A stretch of 64,000 nt of DNA, taken from contig NC_043010.1 of the NCBI RefSeq assembly GCF_006345805.1, positions 1,612,001 through 1,676,000 on the forward strand, in the 5' to 3' direction. Origin of the DNA: Octopus sinensis (taxonomy: Eukaryota). This document shows, piece after piece, positions 35,810-49,484 of the stretch. Made by a program: the position numbers and the translations under genes. The notes below the pieces were generated by a model that was given only the letters and a program-made list of their open reading frames with translations, was not told the origin of the DNA and searched no databases. Position 1 is the stretch's first letter. Every line of letters begins with the position of its first letter.

Positions 35810-36500
35810 GACTTCGAAGTTTCAGCGAAGCCATGCAATCTTTGCACATCCGAACCCAAAATTACTCTTTGCCGAAAGCAAAATTCTCAATAAACACCGA
35901 AAAAGAATTTCTTCTTGCCTGCACAAAACCTTTAGATTTCTACGTTTTCATCCTACAAATTATGCTCATAACTACATCTCCCTTCCTCCCTCTATCTCAG
36001 TCAATCTTTCTGTCTGTTTGTCTCTCTCTCTCTCTCTCCCTCTCACTCTCTCATACATACACATAAAAACGCACGAGCGCGCGCACACACACGCACACAC
36101 ACACACACACACAGACAAACACACACACACACACACACATATACAGAACCAAGTTAATCTTTTCACAAAATATTTTGGAAATATATATGTTATGTTAATA
36201 TGAAATTCATTCGTTATATGTGTGATGTGTGCGAGTGCGTACGTACGTGCAGTGCGCGTATGTGACAGAGAGAGAGAGAAAGAGGAGGAGAGAGCGAAAG
36301 AGAAAGAAGGGGAGAGATGAAGGTATATATAGTTTTGAGGATAATTTGTAAGATAAAAATAAATGGAAATTTGAAGGTTTGTGTTTGCAGGAAAAAAATT
36401 TTTTGCAGTGTTTATTTTGAATTTTGCCTTTAGCAAAGAATATTTTTGAGCTCGTATGTGCAACGATTGCATGGTTTACTTTCTGTTTCGGGGATTTCGC
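35810..36500. mobile_element. Diverged long-TIR element (~200-bp arms)
   Basis: CCATGCAATCTTTGCACATCCGAACCCAAAA.. at ~35830 is mirrored at ~36480-36290; the ORF track shows homologous MQSLHIR.Q.YSL.KAKF.INT peptides on opposite strands. Confidence 0.65.
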
Positions 36501-36659
36501 TTCAGGTAAAGTGTTCCATTTTGAATTATAAGGTAAGTTTCTTTTTTGTTTTTGTTTTTGTTTTTTATGAAATCGTAGTTGAAGCGAGAAACACAGATTT
36601 CCTGTTCTTCCTAACGTTATTGTTAACTGTTATTGTTTCTGAAAATATAGCATTTTTGT

Positions 36660-37010
36660 GAAGATGTTCTGTATGGATGTGGCTATGCTGAGGCACCGCT
36701 TTGAAGGATTTAGCCGAAAGAATCGATCCATCTGTTTGTATTCATTCTGTCGGTCTCTGTTGCCAAAGCATAAGGTTAAGGGGATGTAAACAAACCAATA
36801 CAGCTTGTCAAGCGGTGGTGGTGGTGAGGACAAACACCAACATAAGGATGCACGCATACACACACATATGATTGGCTCCCACACAGTTTTCCAAATTCAC
36901 TCACAAGGCATTGGTAGGACAAGGGATATATGAGAAGAAACTTGCTCAAGATGCCGTACAGTGGGATTGAACCCCAAACCACGTGATTGCAAAGTTGTGG
37001 CACAGGTGGT
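36660..37010 (-). mobile_element. SINE family C
   Basis: Degenerate head and tail on the minus strand. Confidence 0.75.
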
Positions 37011-37205
37011 GAGTGAACGCAACATGGGTAATGAGAAGCGTAGAGAGATGTGGGTCGGGTGTACTTGAGAGTAACTGACACAGGATTAATTAGACAAACA
37101 AGCAGAGGTCATTAGTATATTACCTGTCTGCGGGAGAGAGGTTGGAGCATGTCTGCGATTGATGTATATCCCTCATCGAGGGCCCCTTCTCTGAAAGCAG
37201 TTTAA

Positions 37206-37424
37206 CCCGTTAATATTCAGATGATTCCGTCAAACGTAATGATTTCCAATCGAATTGTTTTTAATTAATCATACATAATTCTGTAGCTTCGAAATTTTGA
37301 TGATGGGATTGTATATATTTAGAATAGCATTGTAGGGTATGTGTGACAGGCTGGATCTGGCTAGTAAGAACATGAAACAGGTCGCATATTTGGACCGGAT
37401 ATGGCCAGTTTAAATGTTACATGG
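37206..37424. mobile_element. piggyBac-type MITE
   Basis: TTAA at 37202-37205 and 37425-37428; termini CCCGTTAATATT / AATGTTACATGG (degenerate CCC..GGG TIR). Confidence 0.65.
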
Positions 37425-37495
37425 TTAAGATATCAGTTTGCAGCAGTAGCAGCAGCAGTAGCAACAGCAGTGACGCCACCGCCATCATACTAGGT

Positions 37496-38403
37496 CAGTG
37501 GTTCTCAACCGGGGTCCATATGGCCCCTGAAGGTTCCATATAAGGGTTTGGGGAGGTCCACATAATAAAATAGTATATTGGAAATCTACAACAGTATTTT
37601 AAGGGTCTCGGAAAAATGTCAAGGCCGACAGGAAGCGTTGATGCTTTCTAGGGCTAAATAGCGGTGGGTAATTCCCTCTATGGGATTGTCACGTTAAGTT
37701 GACAGTATACGACTGCTCTATCGTTCCACCACCGCTCATATCTCTCTGAGGTATTTAGAAATTTAATATTTCTAATTTTGGTGATCAGTGAATAAACTTC
37801 AATGAAAATATATATGTTTACGAAGGCTCGACAGGTATCTTCAGCTAGCAGGCCATGTTACTCCAGACTGATGACGAGCAAGATAATGGAATTTTGAAAG
37901 AAGTTTCTATAGGTGCAGGAGTGGCTGTGTGGTAAGTAGCTTAAGTAGAACCACATGGTTCCGGGTTCACTCCCACTGCGTGGCACCTTGGGCAAGTGTC
38001 TTCTACTATAGCCTCGGACCGACCAAAGCATTGTGAGTGGATTTGGTAGACGGAATCTGAAAGAAGCCCGTCGTGTATATATATATGTGTGTGTGTGTGT
38101 TTGTCCCCTCACCCCACCCAACATCGCTTGACAACCGATGCTGGTGTGTTTACGTCCCCGTCACTTAGCGGTTCAGCAAAAGACACCGATAGAAAAAGTA
38201 CTAGGCTTACAAAGAATAAGTCCTGGGGTCGATTTGCTCGACGATAGGCGGTGCTCCAGGATGGCCGCAGTCAAATGACTGAAACAAGTAAAAGAGTAAA
38301 AGAGTATAAAACTAGTTTTTAAACATCAAAAGGCTATGAGGGTCCACCATAATAAAATAGTAATCAAAGGGGTCAATGAATAAAAAATGGTTGAGACCCC
38401 TTG
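37496..38403. mobile_element. hAT (Charlie-type) MITE ends enclosing later insertions
   Basis: CAGTGGTTCTCAACC at 37496 and GGTTGAGACCCCTTG at 38389-38403; TSD unconvincing, so these may be two half elements. Confidence 0.45.
37911..38306 (+). mobile_element. SINE family C, full length
   Basis: GGTGCAGGAGTGGCTGTGTGGTAAG..GGCACCTTGGGCAAGTGTCTTC..GCAGTCAAATGACTGAAACAAGTAAAAGAGTA. Confidence 0.93.
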
Positions 38404-39787
38404 TACTTTTAGAAAATAGTTTCACCTAAGCTTTGTAGAGATACAGTAATTTATGCAACATTTTCTAGCCTTAGAGCATAGTGTCCGTCTTTGAGATACG
38501 TTCCTAGTTATGTTTTAAAGATGTCACTTCGCCAGGAGAAACCCTTGGTGATAGCAAGGCCAAGCATTTATCGTTGATTTATTCATCTTTGGGGGTGGGG
38601 TGAGTGTTGTATTAGTTGCTGTTCTGTTGTTGATGTTATCAGTGTTCTGTGTTTGGCAAAAGATATCAATGAGGATTACTAGCAAACTTAGAAATGAGCA
38701 TTGGTGTCTATTACAAAAACCAAATCTTGCAAAGTGGTGCTCCAGCATGGCAGTAGTCCAATGAATGAAACAGGCAAACGATAAAAGATAGCCACTGCAA
38801 CAGCTGTTTTTATGTGTGGAATAACAACAGCAACAATGTCGATGTTCTTGGTGTGTTCTGTTTTGTCACACATCTGTTTGCAAATTCACTGTCGGAGTGA
38901 TTGTGACTATTGTTGCTGTTATTGTTGCAGAGAAGTTTATGGCTGGATATATCACCGTTGTTGTTATTGTAGTTGTTGACAAGCCCCTTAACCCTTTATG
39001 GACTCGTTGGGACGCTGCAGCTGTACAGCGTATCTAGGGTGAGAAGGCCTGGTGGAGCCCATCCCTCTCCACCAAGCTAAATACATGTCTACTGTTGAGT
39101 GGACTGGAGCAACGTGAAATGAAGTGTTTTGCTCAAAAACACGACGCGGTCCAGGAATCGAAACCACAATCTTACGATCCCGAGTCCAACACCCTAACCA
39201 CTAAGCCACGCGCCTCCACTATTGTAGTTATTGCTGTTGCTATATTGTTATTTGTGGGGGCTGATATTTTTGTTGTTCTTGTTATCGTTTTTATTCCCTA
39301 AACCAAAACAGCTGTTGCAGTGGCTCTTTTATCGTTTGCCTGATTCCTTCATAGGGCTACTGCCATGCTGGAGCACCGCCTTGAAAGATTTAGTTTTTCA
39401 AATAGACACCAGTGCTCATTTCTAAGTTTGGTAGTTATCCTCATTGGTGTCTTTTGTCGAACTGCAAAGTTACGAGTTCGTAAATAAACGAACGCCAGTT
39501 GCAATGGTTGGAAGACAAACACACACACACAGATATAATTACATGCACAATGTATACACATACACACACACAAATAGATAGACACACACACACACATACA
39601 TATATGCTAATATCCAACAGCAAAAATGAGTGCTCAACACCACATTGATGGATAAATATATTTTATTTGTGGGTTAACAAGGCTACTATTGGTTTCATGC
39701 TGAGAATTCTCAGCAATTATCAAGCCTTCCACATTGGCACGTTGGTACTCATCTCCATGTTGTATGAGAACCATCTTGGCAAAGAAT

Positions 39788-39831
<44 letters not shown>

Positions 39832-39989
39832 CAACACATACACACAAGAATGACTTTCACACAATTTCCATCTATCAAATTCACTCACAGTGCATTTCTC
39901 AGGTCAAGGCTAGAGTAAAAAAAAACACCCGTTTAAGGTGCCGCACAGTGGGACTGAACCCTAATCAACACGGTTGCAAAACGTGCTTC

Positions 39990-40352
39990 TTAACCACGTA
40001 GCCATGCCTATTGTTGTAGTTGAGAATATTTCCTTTGCTGCAGTTGTTGGCGTTTTTAATTCTAGTATTGTTGTTGTTGTTATTGTTGCTGCTGCAGTTG
40101 TTGTTGTTGTTGTTGTAGTTGCCGGTGTTGATGTGTTCGTTGTTGTTGCCGTTAAAGCCACATCAAGTTTCACAATTGTTGTTCTTATAATTGTTGTTGT
40201 TGCTGGTGGTAGTTATTGCTGTCATTTTTTATTGTTGTCATCGTTTTTACTGTTAGTCGTCCTCGCTGCTGCTACTACTGCTGCTGTTTCAGTTAAATGT
40301 TTTCTCTCCCTTTATCTTGCGAAAATATTCTGCAGCACATTAAAAATTATTA

Positions 40353-40385
<33 letters not shown>

Positions 40386-40859
40386 TTTTTATTATTATTA
40401 TTATTCTTTTTATTATTATTATTATTATTATTATTAGTGTTATTATCATTATCATCACCATCATCACCATCGGCGTAATCATCACCACCACCACCACTTC
40501 CATCGTCATTATCATCATCATCATCACCATAATCATCATCGCCATAATCATTAACATTTTGTATTTCTTCAGTTTAGTTGAAGAATTTTGTGAATATAAA
40601 AAAAAAGAAATAACATTCCAATAAAAACAATAAAAATAAAGTAAAAATGGAAAAAATTGTTTCATTTATAGATTTTTTATTGCTTTTCTGTTCCAACGTT
40701 ATTTTAATATTCATTTTTAGCATCATTAGTAGTAGTAGTAGTAGCTTTATTATCATTTCATTGCCATTCTTAGCTCTCGCTCGCTATAGTCGTTATCAAC
40801 ATCATCATCACCATCATCATCATCATCATCATCAATCATCATCATCATCATCATCATCA

Positions 40860-40928
<69 letters not shown>

Positions 40929-41359
40929 TTATCATTATTATTATTATTATTATTATTATCATTATTATTATTATTATTATTATCATTAATTTTTATTGTT
41001 ACTGTTATTATTGCTATTGTTGTTGTTACTGTTATTTCGTTTCCATTTCCTTTTAGAAAAATATGCTTTCTTTCTTTATTGCTTTATTCTTTGTCTGTTC
41101 TTTTTCTTTACTTTCCTTTTTGAATTTTGTTTTCTACTTTTCTTTTCTTTTCTTTTTTTTTCCTCTTGAGGTGAGGGTATTGGAATATGACAATTTTAAG
41201 AGGCCATATATGGTTACTGTGTTTTCTTCACTGCAATAATCGCGATGATGATGACGATGACGGTGATGATGATGATGATGATGACGATGATGATGATGAT
41301 GATGATGATGATAATGATGATGATGATGATGATGATGACGATGATGATGATGATGATGA

Positions 41360-41443
<84 letters not shown>

Positions 41444-41491
41444 TGATGATGATGATGATGTGATGATGATGATGATGATGATGATGTGATG

Positions 41492-41522
<31 letters not shown>

Positions 41523-41996
41523 ATTTGGTGATGATGATGATGATGATTTTGATGGTGATGATGATGACGATGATTTTGGTGATGGTGATAATGATGAATT
41601 TGATGATGACGAAGACGACGACGATGATGCTGATGATGCTGATGATGATGATGATGATGATGAATGAGGAGGAGGAGGAGGATTTTGTTCGTAATAATGA
41701 TGATGAGGAGGAAGAAGAATATTTTGGTGATGATGATGAGGATGAAGATGATGATTAATATGGTGATGATGATGACGATTAAAATGGTGATGATGATTTT
41801 GGTGCTGATGATGATGGTGATGATGATGATGATGATGACGATGAGATGTAGGCGGAGGAGGAGGAAAAGGAAGATTTTGGTGGTGATGATCACGAGAAGA
41901 CTGGAGTACGAGGGCCGAGAAGCGGAAGAGACGATGGAGGGAAAAAAGACACCGACCACGACGATGAAGACGATGGTGATGATGATTATGATGCTG

Positions 41997-42028
<32 letters not shown>

Positions 42029-42130
42029 GATGGCGGCGGTGGCGGTTGGGGCGCCGCTAGTGCGTCGCTGGCGGTGGCGGCGGCGGCGGTGACGTTGGTA
42101 ACTACAGCGTTGGTGGTGGTTATGTTTGTG
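39990..42130. repeat. Trinucleotide mosaic (TGT, ATT, ATC, then GAT and GGC)
   Basis: Direct reading; source of the poly-I/H/D/M ORFs. Confidence 0.9.
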
Positions 42131-42499
42131 GTGGTATTTTTTTCCATTTGGTCGGACAGTGGCAGAAGAAAAACCTAACACTTTTTAAAATGCCAAATGA
42201 GGTATATGACGATGTACTGAATACTGTACGCGGAAAAACTGATTTGGAAACGAAATGTACGTCTTAGTTGTTGAGAGAAATCAGCAAACCCAACAGAACC
42301 TGAGGGTATAACGCAAATTCATTGGTTGATGATTTTAAAATAATCAGAGTAAATCTCAAAAACATTTAAAGTTTCATGCTTTCCTATATAAAAGTTCACT
42401 CACAAGCCATTGTATGTATGTATGTATGTATGTATGTATGTATGTATGTGTATATGTATGCATGCGAGTGTGAATGTACGCACACACACACACACACAT

Positions 42500-42660
42500 G
42501 TTTCAAATGCACAAAAGCCAAAGAAAGTGACAGAAGAGGGAACAACGAACAACGTGTATTAGTTTGACGCTGAAGAAGAATGGAAAACTCTTCAACGTTT
42601 CGAGCCTATGCTCTTCGACAGAGAGGAATGAAAGGAAATAGAGAGAAAAAATGACCGGAG
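42500..42660 (-). mobile_element. PLE-type terminal fragment with degenerate hammerhead (42585-42625)
   Basis: Minus strand CUCU-CUGUCGA-A-GAGC(auag)GCUC-GAAAC-GUU-GAAG; a related sense piece lies at 42990-43060 across a (TA)n tract. Confidence 0.6.
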
Positions 42661-42679
42661 AAACAGTTCTACATGCCGA

Positions 42680-42784
<105 letters not shown>

Positions 42785-42790
42785 TATATG

Positions 42791-42847
<57 letters not shown>

Positions 42848-43073
42848 TATATATAACATATATATATATAATAATATATATTATATATATATATACATAT
42901 ATAATATATACCTGTGTGTGTATATATATATAGATAGATTTGTATATATATGTATATATATGTATATATATTTTTCACTTTTTTCACTTTTCGAGCGTTA
43001 TACTAATACATCTGTTTGTTGTCTACACCACCTGTCTTCATCTTTTGTTTTTTTTTTTAATTCTCCCCATATG

Positions 43074-43106
<33 letters not shown>

Positions 43107-43398
43107 ATCAATAAGTCGATAACTGATGTGAGTTTAGTGTGTCAACGTCCTTTGCGTGCCTCTTTTCCAGTTTTCCCTATGTCGCATCGTTGTCAGAATA
43201 TTAAATATTTAAACAAATTTAAAGATTTGTCTATTGTTGAATGGTTTATTTTGTGTCTTCGATGGTATAATCTCTTTGCTTTCAACTCTCGGTCTCACCA
43301 GTCAAGCACATTTCCGAAATATATACATAAATTTGGTGATGCGCGTACGCGCGCGCGCACACACACACACACACACACAAACATACACATATATCTAC

Positions 43399-43442
<44 letters not shown>

Positions 43443-43469
43443 CATACACACACACAAACACGCACGCAC

Positions 43470-44240
43470 ATGTTTCTCTTACTTGTTTCAGTAATTAGAC
43501 TGCGGCCATGCTGGGGCACGGCCTTTAAAAATTTATAGTCGGACAAATCCACTCCAGTACATACTTTTAAGCCTGGTACTTACTCTATCGATTTTTTGCG
43601 GAAGCGTTAAGTCCCAAGGACGTAAACAAACCATCATCAATTGTCCAGCGGTGGTGGGGGACAAACACCAAATACACATATACGTACAAATATGAAGATT
43701 TTGGTCTTCCTGTGTCTATATATGTGAGCGTGTGCGTGTACGTGTGTGTATGGTGTATGTGTGTGTGTGTGTGTGTTTGTACCTGTGTTTGTTTCCCTCC
43801 ACCGCTTCATTACCGGTGTTAGTGTGTTTACATCCTCGTAACTTAGCTGTTCGACAAAAGAGGCCAATAGAATAATTACGAGGCTTTAAAAATTAGCCCT
43901 GGACTCGATTTATTCGAAGAAATCCCTTTAATGCTATGCTCCAACTTGGACGCAGTCAAATGCCTGAAACAAGTAAAAGAATAAAAGATATTATTGGCTG
44001 CGTGGTAAGAGCATTGCTTCCCAATCACATGATTTCGGGTTCAGTCTCGCTGCGTGGCACCTTGCGCAAGTGTCTTCTACTATAGCCTCAGTTGACCTAA
44101 GCCTTACGAGTGGATTTGGTAAAGGGAAAACTGAAAGAAGCTCGTCATATATATATATTATATATAGATATATATATATATATATAATATATATATATAT
44201 ATATGTGTGTGTGCTGTACGTGTGTGTTTGTGTGTGTTTG

Positions 44241-44275
<35 letters not shown>

Positions 44276-44465
44276 CTGTGTTTGTCTCCTATCAACGCTT
44301 GACAACCGACGTTGGTGTGTTTACGCCCCCGCAACTGAGCGGTTCGTCAAAAGAGACCGATAGAATAAGGCTTACAAAGAATAGTCCTAGGGTCGAATTC
44401 TTCGTCTAAAATAGCCTTTAAAGCGGTGCTCCAGCATGGCCGCGGTCAAATGACTGAAACAAGTA
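43470..44465. mobile_element. Cluster of SINE family C copies (minus 43470-43690, plus 43770-43985, plus full-length 43990-44465)
   Basis: Family-C head and tail motifs. Confidence 0.8.
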
Positions 44466-44699
44466 AAGGAACAAAATAATACATATACACAAACTTTTAG
44501 TTTAAAATTTTGCATGCATGCGTGTATATGTGTTCGTGCGTGTGTGTATGTGCATGTGAGTGTGTGTGTATGAGTTCACGCGTGTGTTTGTGTGTGTCTT
44601 CGTTCTTAAGTATACAAAGGTAAATTCTGCAAAAATTATTTAAATTATGGTGGAAGAGAATATGATAAGAAAAAGTCGATATTGTATAAATTATCAAAT

Positions 44700-45070
44700 T
44701 ATATGACCTAAGAGAGAGAATAAAATAGGAGAAAAATACAAACAATATTTTATAAAATGTCTTGTTGATTGACCTCAGAAAACGTAAAATATGAGAGTCT
44801 AGTTGTAGTGTAGGAGTTATAAGTACAATATTATATAAAGTAAAAGAAAACGAGAATAGTATTAGAATTATTTAAGCACTGGATGTTGATAAATTGGTCG
44901 AGTTTATATTGTTCATCGAAGAGATGTGTCAGAAATGTGGACTTGTGAGTAATGATGCATATTGTGGTTTGAAGAAATGTTGTATGACAGCTTTAGGGAA
45001 ATGGTGTTATTGTGAAAGAACGGTGGAGTTGGAGTGAGTTGGAATTTTGATAGAAAATTAATACGTGTTA
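44700..45070 (-). mobile_element. Decayed TE fragment, possibly PLE linker
   Basis: Minus translation FHNNTISLKLSYNISSNHN is reminiscent of the PLE FNRNT.KLSYS...I.SHN motif; paralog of insert 48405-48538. Confidence 0.35.
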
Positions 45071-45501
45071 TTAAAGTTACCAAGTTATAATTAGATAATA
45101 TCTGTTGAGAAGAAGAGGAAATATATAGCCGTCACTCACGAGTGAGTGTGAAATGATGAGATCTACCGTGGTTTCTGTGATCTTTTTCTCAGTTCCAGTA
45201 CATTCACGAGCAAGAACAGACTCTCTCTCTTGGCACTCCCACCCTTGAGTCAGTAGAATATCTGGGTTGGGGCACAACTGGAAAAATATTAGGCTGCAAC
45301 CAGTTGTAGGCTGTTAATCTGGAGCAGCGTGAAATGATGCACCAAGCCCAAACTGCTTTTCATGTTACCAAGTTAAGTGATAGTATGTGTTAAGTGGAAT
45401 AGGAAAAATATAGCCGTCACCCACAAGCAAGTCTGAATTAATAGCATCTACCATGATTTCAGTGTTTATTTTAGGTACTCATGTAGTGGCGAGCACAAAC
45501 G

Positions 45502-45554
<53 letters not shown>

Positions 45555-45769
45555 GATCCTAACACGGCTTGAGACAGCTACGGAAATGTAAAGCTGCAGC
45601 CTGCTCCAGACTGGTATTCATCTTCAGCTGAATGGGCTCATGCGGTGCGAGATGAAGTCCCTTATTCACAGATAAAATGCTCCACCCAGTCCAGGAATCG
45701 AACCTTATTCTTTACTATCGCGAATCCAACACTAGACCATACAGAGTCTTTTTGGAAATATGGCTTACT

Positions 45770-46275
45770 GTTGGATTCAAATTTTGGCACGAGGCCTACA
45801 ATTCTTGGATAGGATGGGATCAAATCGATTACATCGACCCCAGCGCCCAACTTTATTTTATCGACTCCGAAAGGATGAAAGCAAAGTTGACCTCGGCAGT
45901 ATTTGAACTCCAGAACGTAAAGATGGACGAAATACCGCTAAGCATTTTGTTCGGTCTGCTAACGATTCTGACAGCTCACTGCCTTAAATTTATTCCTAAT
46001 ATTAAATCATGTTACAGTGACAAACCAGAATAATCGATCCGAGCTCAAATTCCACCGAGGTACATGACCAACATTTTTGAGGTGGTGTTATTGGTGCGGG
46101 TGAGGGTGTCGATTATATTGACACGAGTACTTGACTGGTAGTTATTTTATCGACCCCGAAAAGAAGAAAGATAAAGTTGATCTCTGCGGAATTTGAACTC
46201 AAGAACTAAAGACGGATGAAAAGTCAATATGCATTTTGTCCAGCTTGTTAACGATTCTGCTAGCTTACAACCTTA
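45770..46275 (-). mobile_element. Two SINE family A copies
   Basis: AAGTTGACCTCGGCAGTATTTGAACTC..TAACGATTCTG motifs occur twice. Confidence 0.8.
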
Positions 46276-46290
46276 ATAATAATAATAATA

Positions 46291-46357
<67 letters not shown>

Positions 46358-46359
46358 TA

Positions 46360-46434
46360 AAATGCAGAATGTGTTATGAGCGGGATGAAACAGTGGACCA
46401 CATCTTAACTGGATGCATAGCACTTGCATATTAG
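46360..46434 (+). pseudogene. R4/Dong-clade LINE CCHC zinc-knuckle fragment
   Basis: KCRMCYERDETVDHILTGCIALAY*, directly after an (AAT)n tract (46275-46355). Confidence 0.75.
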
Positions 46435-47619
46435 AAACTAGTACAGAACTAAAAAAATTGTAAAAAACAAAAACAAAAACAAAAAACCTGAAGAGTGACT
46501 TCTAATAGCAATAGATTAATAATTGAAAATATTTCGATAAGAAGCTTGCTTGGCCACTATACAGTTTTGCGGTCAGTTCCACAGCGCAGCACTTTCAACA
46601 AGCATCTTCCACTATAGCCCTAAGCCGACCGAATTCTTGCGAGTGAATTAGGTAGACGGAAACAGCGTGGAAGCCCATCGTGTATGCGTGTGTGTATCCC
46701 TTTTCACCGAGTATCAAGCTAATACATACCCTGTGTACGTCCTTTTGTCTTGTCCGTTAATTTTATTATTGGTTTTTTAATTTTTTATTTGAATTGACTA
46801 TATGTATGTGTGTGTGTGCATGTGTATGCATTTATGTATGCATGCATTACACACACACACAAACACACGCACACATACACACACACAAACATATATACGT
46901 AAATGCCTAACGATGAGCAAATATATGTGTGTGTGTGTGTGTGTCGGTTTTTGTGTTTGTCCCTTCACCACTTGACAACCGGTATCGGTTTATTTACCGC
47001 CCCGTAACATATCCGTTCAGCAAAAGAGACTGATAGAATAAATAGAAGCCTTTAAAAGAAAAACAAAAACCGGAATTTTTTTTTACTAAAATCTTCAAGT
47101 GATGTCCCAGCATGGCCGTAGTCCAATGACTGAAACAGCAGAAAGATAAATGGTAAAATTATAAACTTATACACCCATTCATCGTGAATTGTATAGTCCC
47201 TATTTTTTAAAAGTAACCATTGAAAATATAATTGCCTCCTAATTACCCTTGGAATACAACAGTAACACGTCATCATTTAAACATTTCTTTGAATTAGCGA
47301 AATACAAAACAGCATACCCACACCCACTCTATTTTGACCACTGCACAATAAAACAAAGCCCTTCCCTCAATTTCTCTCATTCTTAATGGAGATAAATGAA
47401 TAAGGGAAGTAGGGAGATTAAAGAAAAAGAAGGTCAAGAAATGTGAATGAGGGGGGGGGGAAGAAAGGAGGAAAGAAAGAAGTAAGTGTGAGGGGGACTA
47501 AAAGAAAGAGTAAAAGAGTCGTACAGAATTTAGATGAATACTTATTTACAAGGTGAGCAAATGTGCACGTACGCCGCTATGTGTATATGTAAAACCCCAA
47601 AATGGGACAAGAACGCAAC

Positions 47620-47840
47620 AGACTATATATATATATAAAGTTAATCCAAACAAGAATGCACAAAAAAACACAACAACGCGAGGACGTGGAACAAATATAG
47701 TATTATTGGACGCTCAGGAAAGAAGGAAAGAAGGAGGGTTTAACGTTTCGAGCGGAGCTCTTCGTCGGAAACGTAGGAGAAGGAAAGATCCAGAGAAGAG
47801 AAGACAGAGGAAAAAATCGCCAACGGTACACACGTGGTCA
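47620..47840 (-). mobile_element. PLE-type terminal fragment with hammerhead motif (47738-47772)
   Basis: Minus strand GUUU-CCGACGA-A-GAGC(ucc)GCUC-GAAAC-GUU-AAAC: perfect stems, U4C core substitution. Confidence 0.75.
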
Positions 47841-47864
47841 TATATATATATATATACATACATA

Positions 47865-48580
47865 CAGGGTGCGGCGAATAAACTGCCGTCTAAATTACGC
47901 AAAAATGAAAATATTACTGACATCTCATTTTAACACATATATTTACCACAGTTACATAAAAATATCTTGAAATACTAAAGAGTAAATTAATTCAATAAAA
48001 TCGCCATTGGCTCCAGCAGCGGCCTCCAGACGACTTCAGAACCCCTTGCAGCTCTTCTGGACGGTCTCTTTGTTTAAGTTGGTGAATGCTGCTATAATCC
48101 TTGCTTTCAGTTCATCATTGGTGCTACAAGGAGTTTTGTTGGTCTCTCCGCTCAACTGCATTCCACTCATAATAATCAAGGGGGTGGCAGTCAAGGGAGT
48201 TAGGTGTCCAAATGGTAGGAATAATGTGGTCGCAAAAATTATCTGACAGCTATGACTTGGTTCTCCTGTTTGTGTGACATGGTGCAGAGTCCTGTTGCCA
48301 GACATAGTCTTCCAGCAGCCACTCTCTTAACCCAGAGCAGCATTACCTCCTCCAGGCACTTGATATAGGCCTCTGTGTTGAGTCTGAGGCCTAGTGGGAA
48401 GATTAATAGTATTAGAATTATTTAAACACAGCGGTTGTTGATAAATTGGTAGAGTTTATATTGTTCATCGATATGTGTTGTGGTTACAAGATATGTGTTG
48501 TGGTTTGAAGAAATGTTGTATGACAGTTTTAGGGAAATAATCACTAGTGATCACTCCAAACATCACGATGTGACTGTTTG
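47865..48580 (-). mobile_element. Tc1/mariner maT-type (D,D37D-like) transposon 3' part, interrupted by a 134-bp insert
   Basis: TA followed by TIR CAGGGTGCGGCGAATAAACTGCCG; minus peptides HIVMFGVITS / GLRLNTEAYIKCLEEV / QQDSAPCHT..IWTPNSLDCHPLDYYEW..DELKARI..SRLEAAAGANGDFIE*. Confidence 0.85.
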
Positions 48581-48837
48581 ATTATTATCACTCGCGGTAC
48601 ATGTCCTCAGATTGACACCCAAACACTGAAATGTTCGTATTGTAGCTTCCGGTGCGAATGTGAAGCAGTAAAACATGTCGTTTCCGAATCTGACAGAGTG
48701 AATTGCGTCGAGGTACTGTTTTTCTCGCAGACGCCCAACTAACCCTACTATACTGTGTAGTCGAGAAAATCAAAAACAAAGCCCATGGAAGAAATCAAAA
48801 ATATAAAATGGTGACAATTTACCCATCGCACCCTGTT

Positions 48838-48869
<32 letters not shown>

Positions 48870-49451
48870 CAAACACACACATAAATATATATGATATATA
48901 TATATATGGTATGTATGTATGTATGTATGTATGTATGTATGTATACGACGGGCTCTTTCAGTTTCAGTCTACCAAATCCACTCACAAGGCTTCGGTCGGC
49001 TCAACGTACAACGCAATGGGACTGAACTCAGAACAATGTGATTGTAAAGCAAGTTTCTTACCACACACCCACACCTACACCTAAGGCTACGGCCATGCCA
49101 GGATAGCGCCTAGAAGAATTTTAACCGAAAGAATCGATTACAATGCTCTTTTTCAAACATGGTACTCTATTTTATCGTTGTCTGTTTTAGAACCTCTAGG
49201 TTACAGGGACGGAAACACACCAAGACCGGTTCTCACGCAGTGGTGGGGTACAAGCATAGACACACACACACATACATACACACAGACAGACACGCACACA
49301 CACATATACACGCACACATATATATGAAGTAGAAATTGCTCAGAAAGAAGAGAAATGAACAGCCAGAAAAAATCATACCGAAGACTTGGATACGCTCATC
49401 CCTCATCAATTATCGACCAAAAATCATCACAATTTCGCGCCATTCGTGTAT

Positions 49452-49484
<33 letters not shown>

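Noticed and set aside
36506-36532. 27-nt candidate microexon (CAG|..AAG|GTAAGT; VKCSILNYK)
   Set aside because: The acceptor overlaps the end of a decayed inverted-repeat element, and there are no neighbouring exons or homology to support it.
38236-38300. Structured 3' end of SINE C (GCGG-TGC-TCCA-GCA..CCGC, AGTC-AAAT-GACT-GAAAC), tested as hammerhead, HDV-like and twister
   Set aside because: It lacks the CUGANGA/UUGANAA core, the HDV nested pseudoknot and the twister consensus; it is more likely an RT-recognition stem-loop.
41228-42181. 317-aa ORF and other long His/Asp/Met/Ile/Tyr-rich ORFs (e.g. 42651-43538, 50978-51691, 54139-54822)
   Set aside because: These are translations of microsatellites, open in several frames on both strands, with no domain content.
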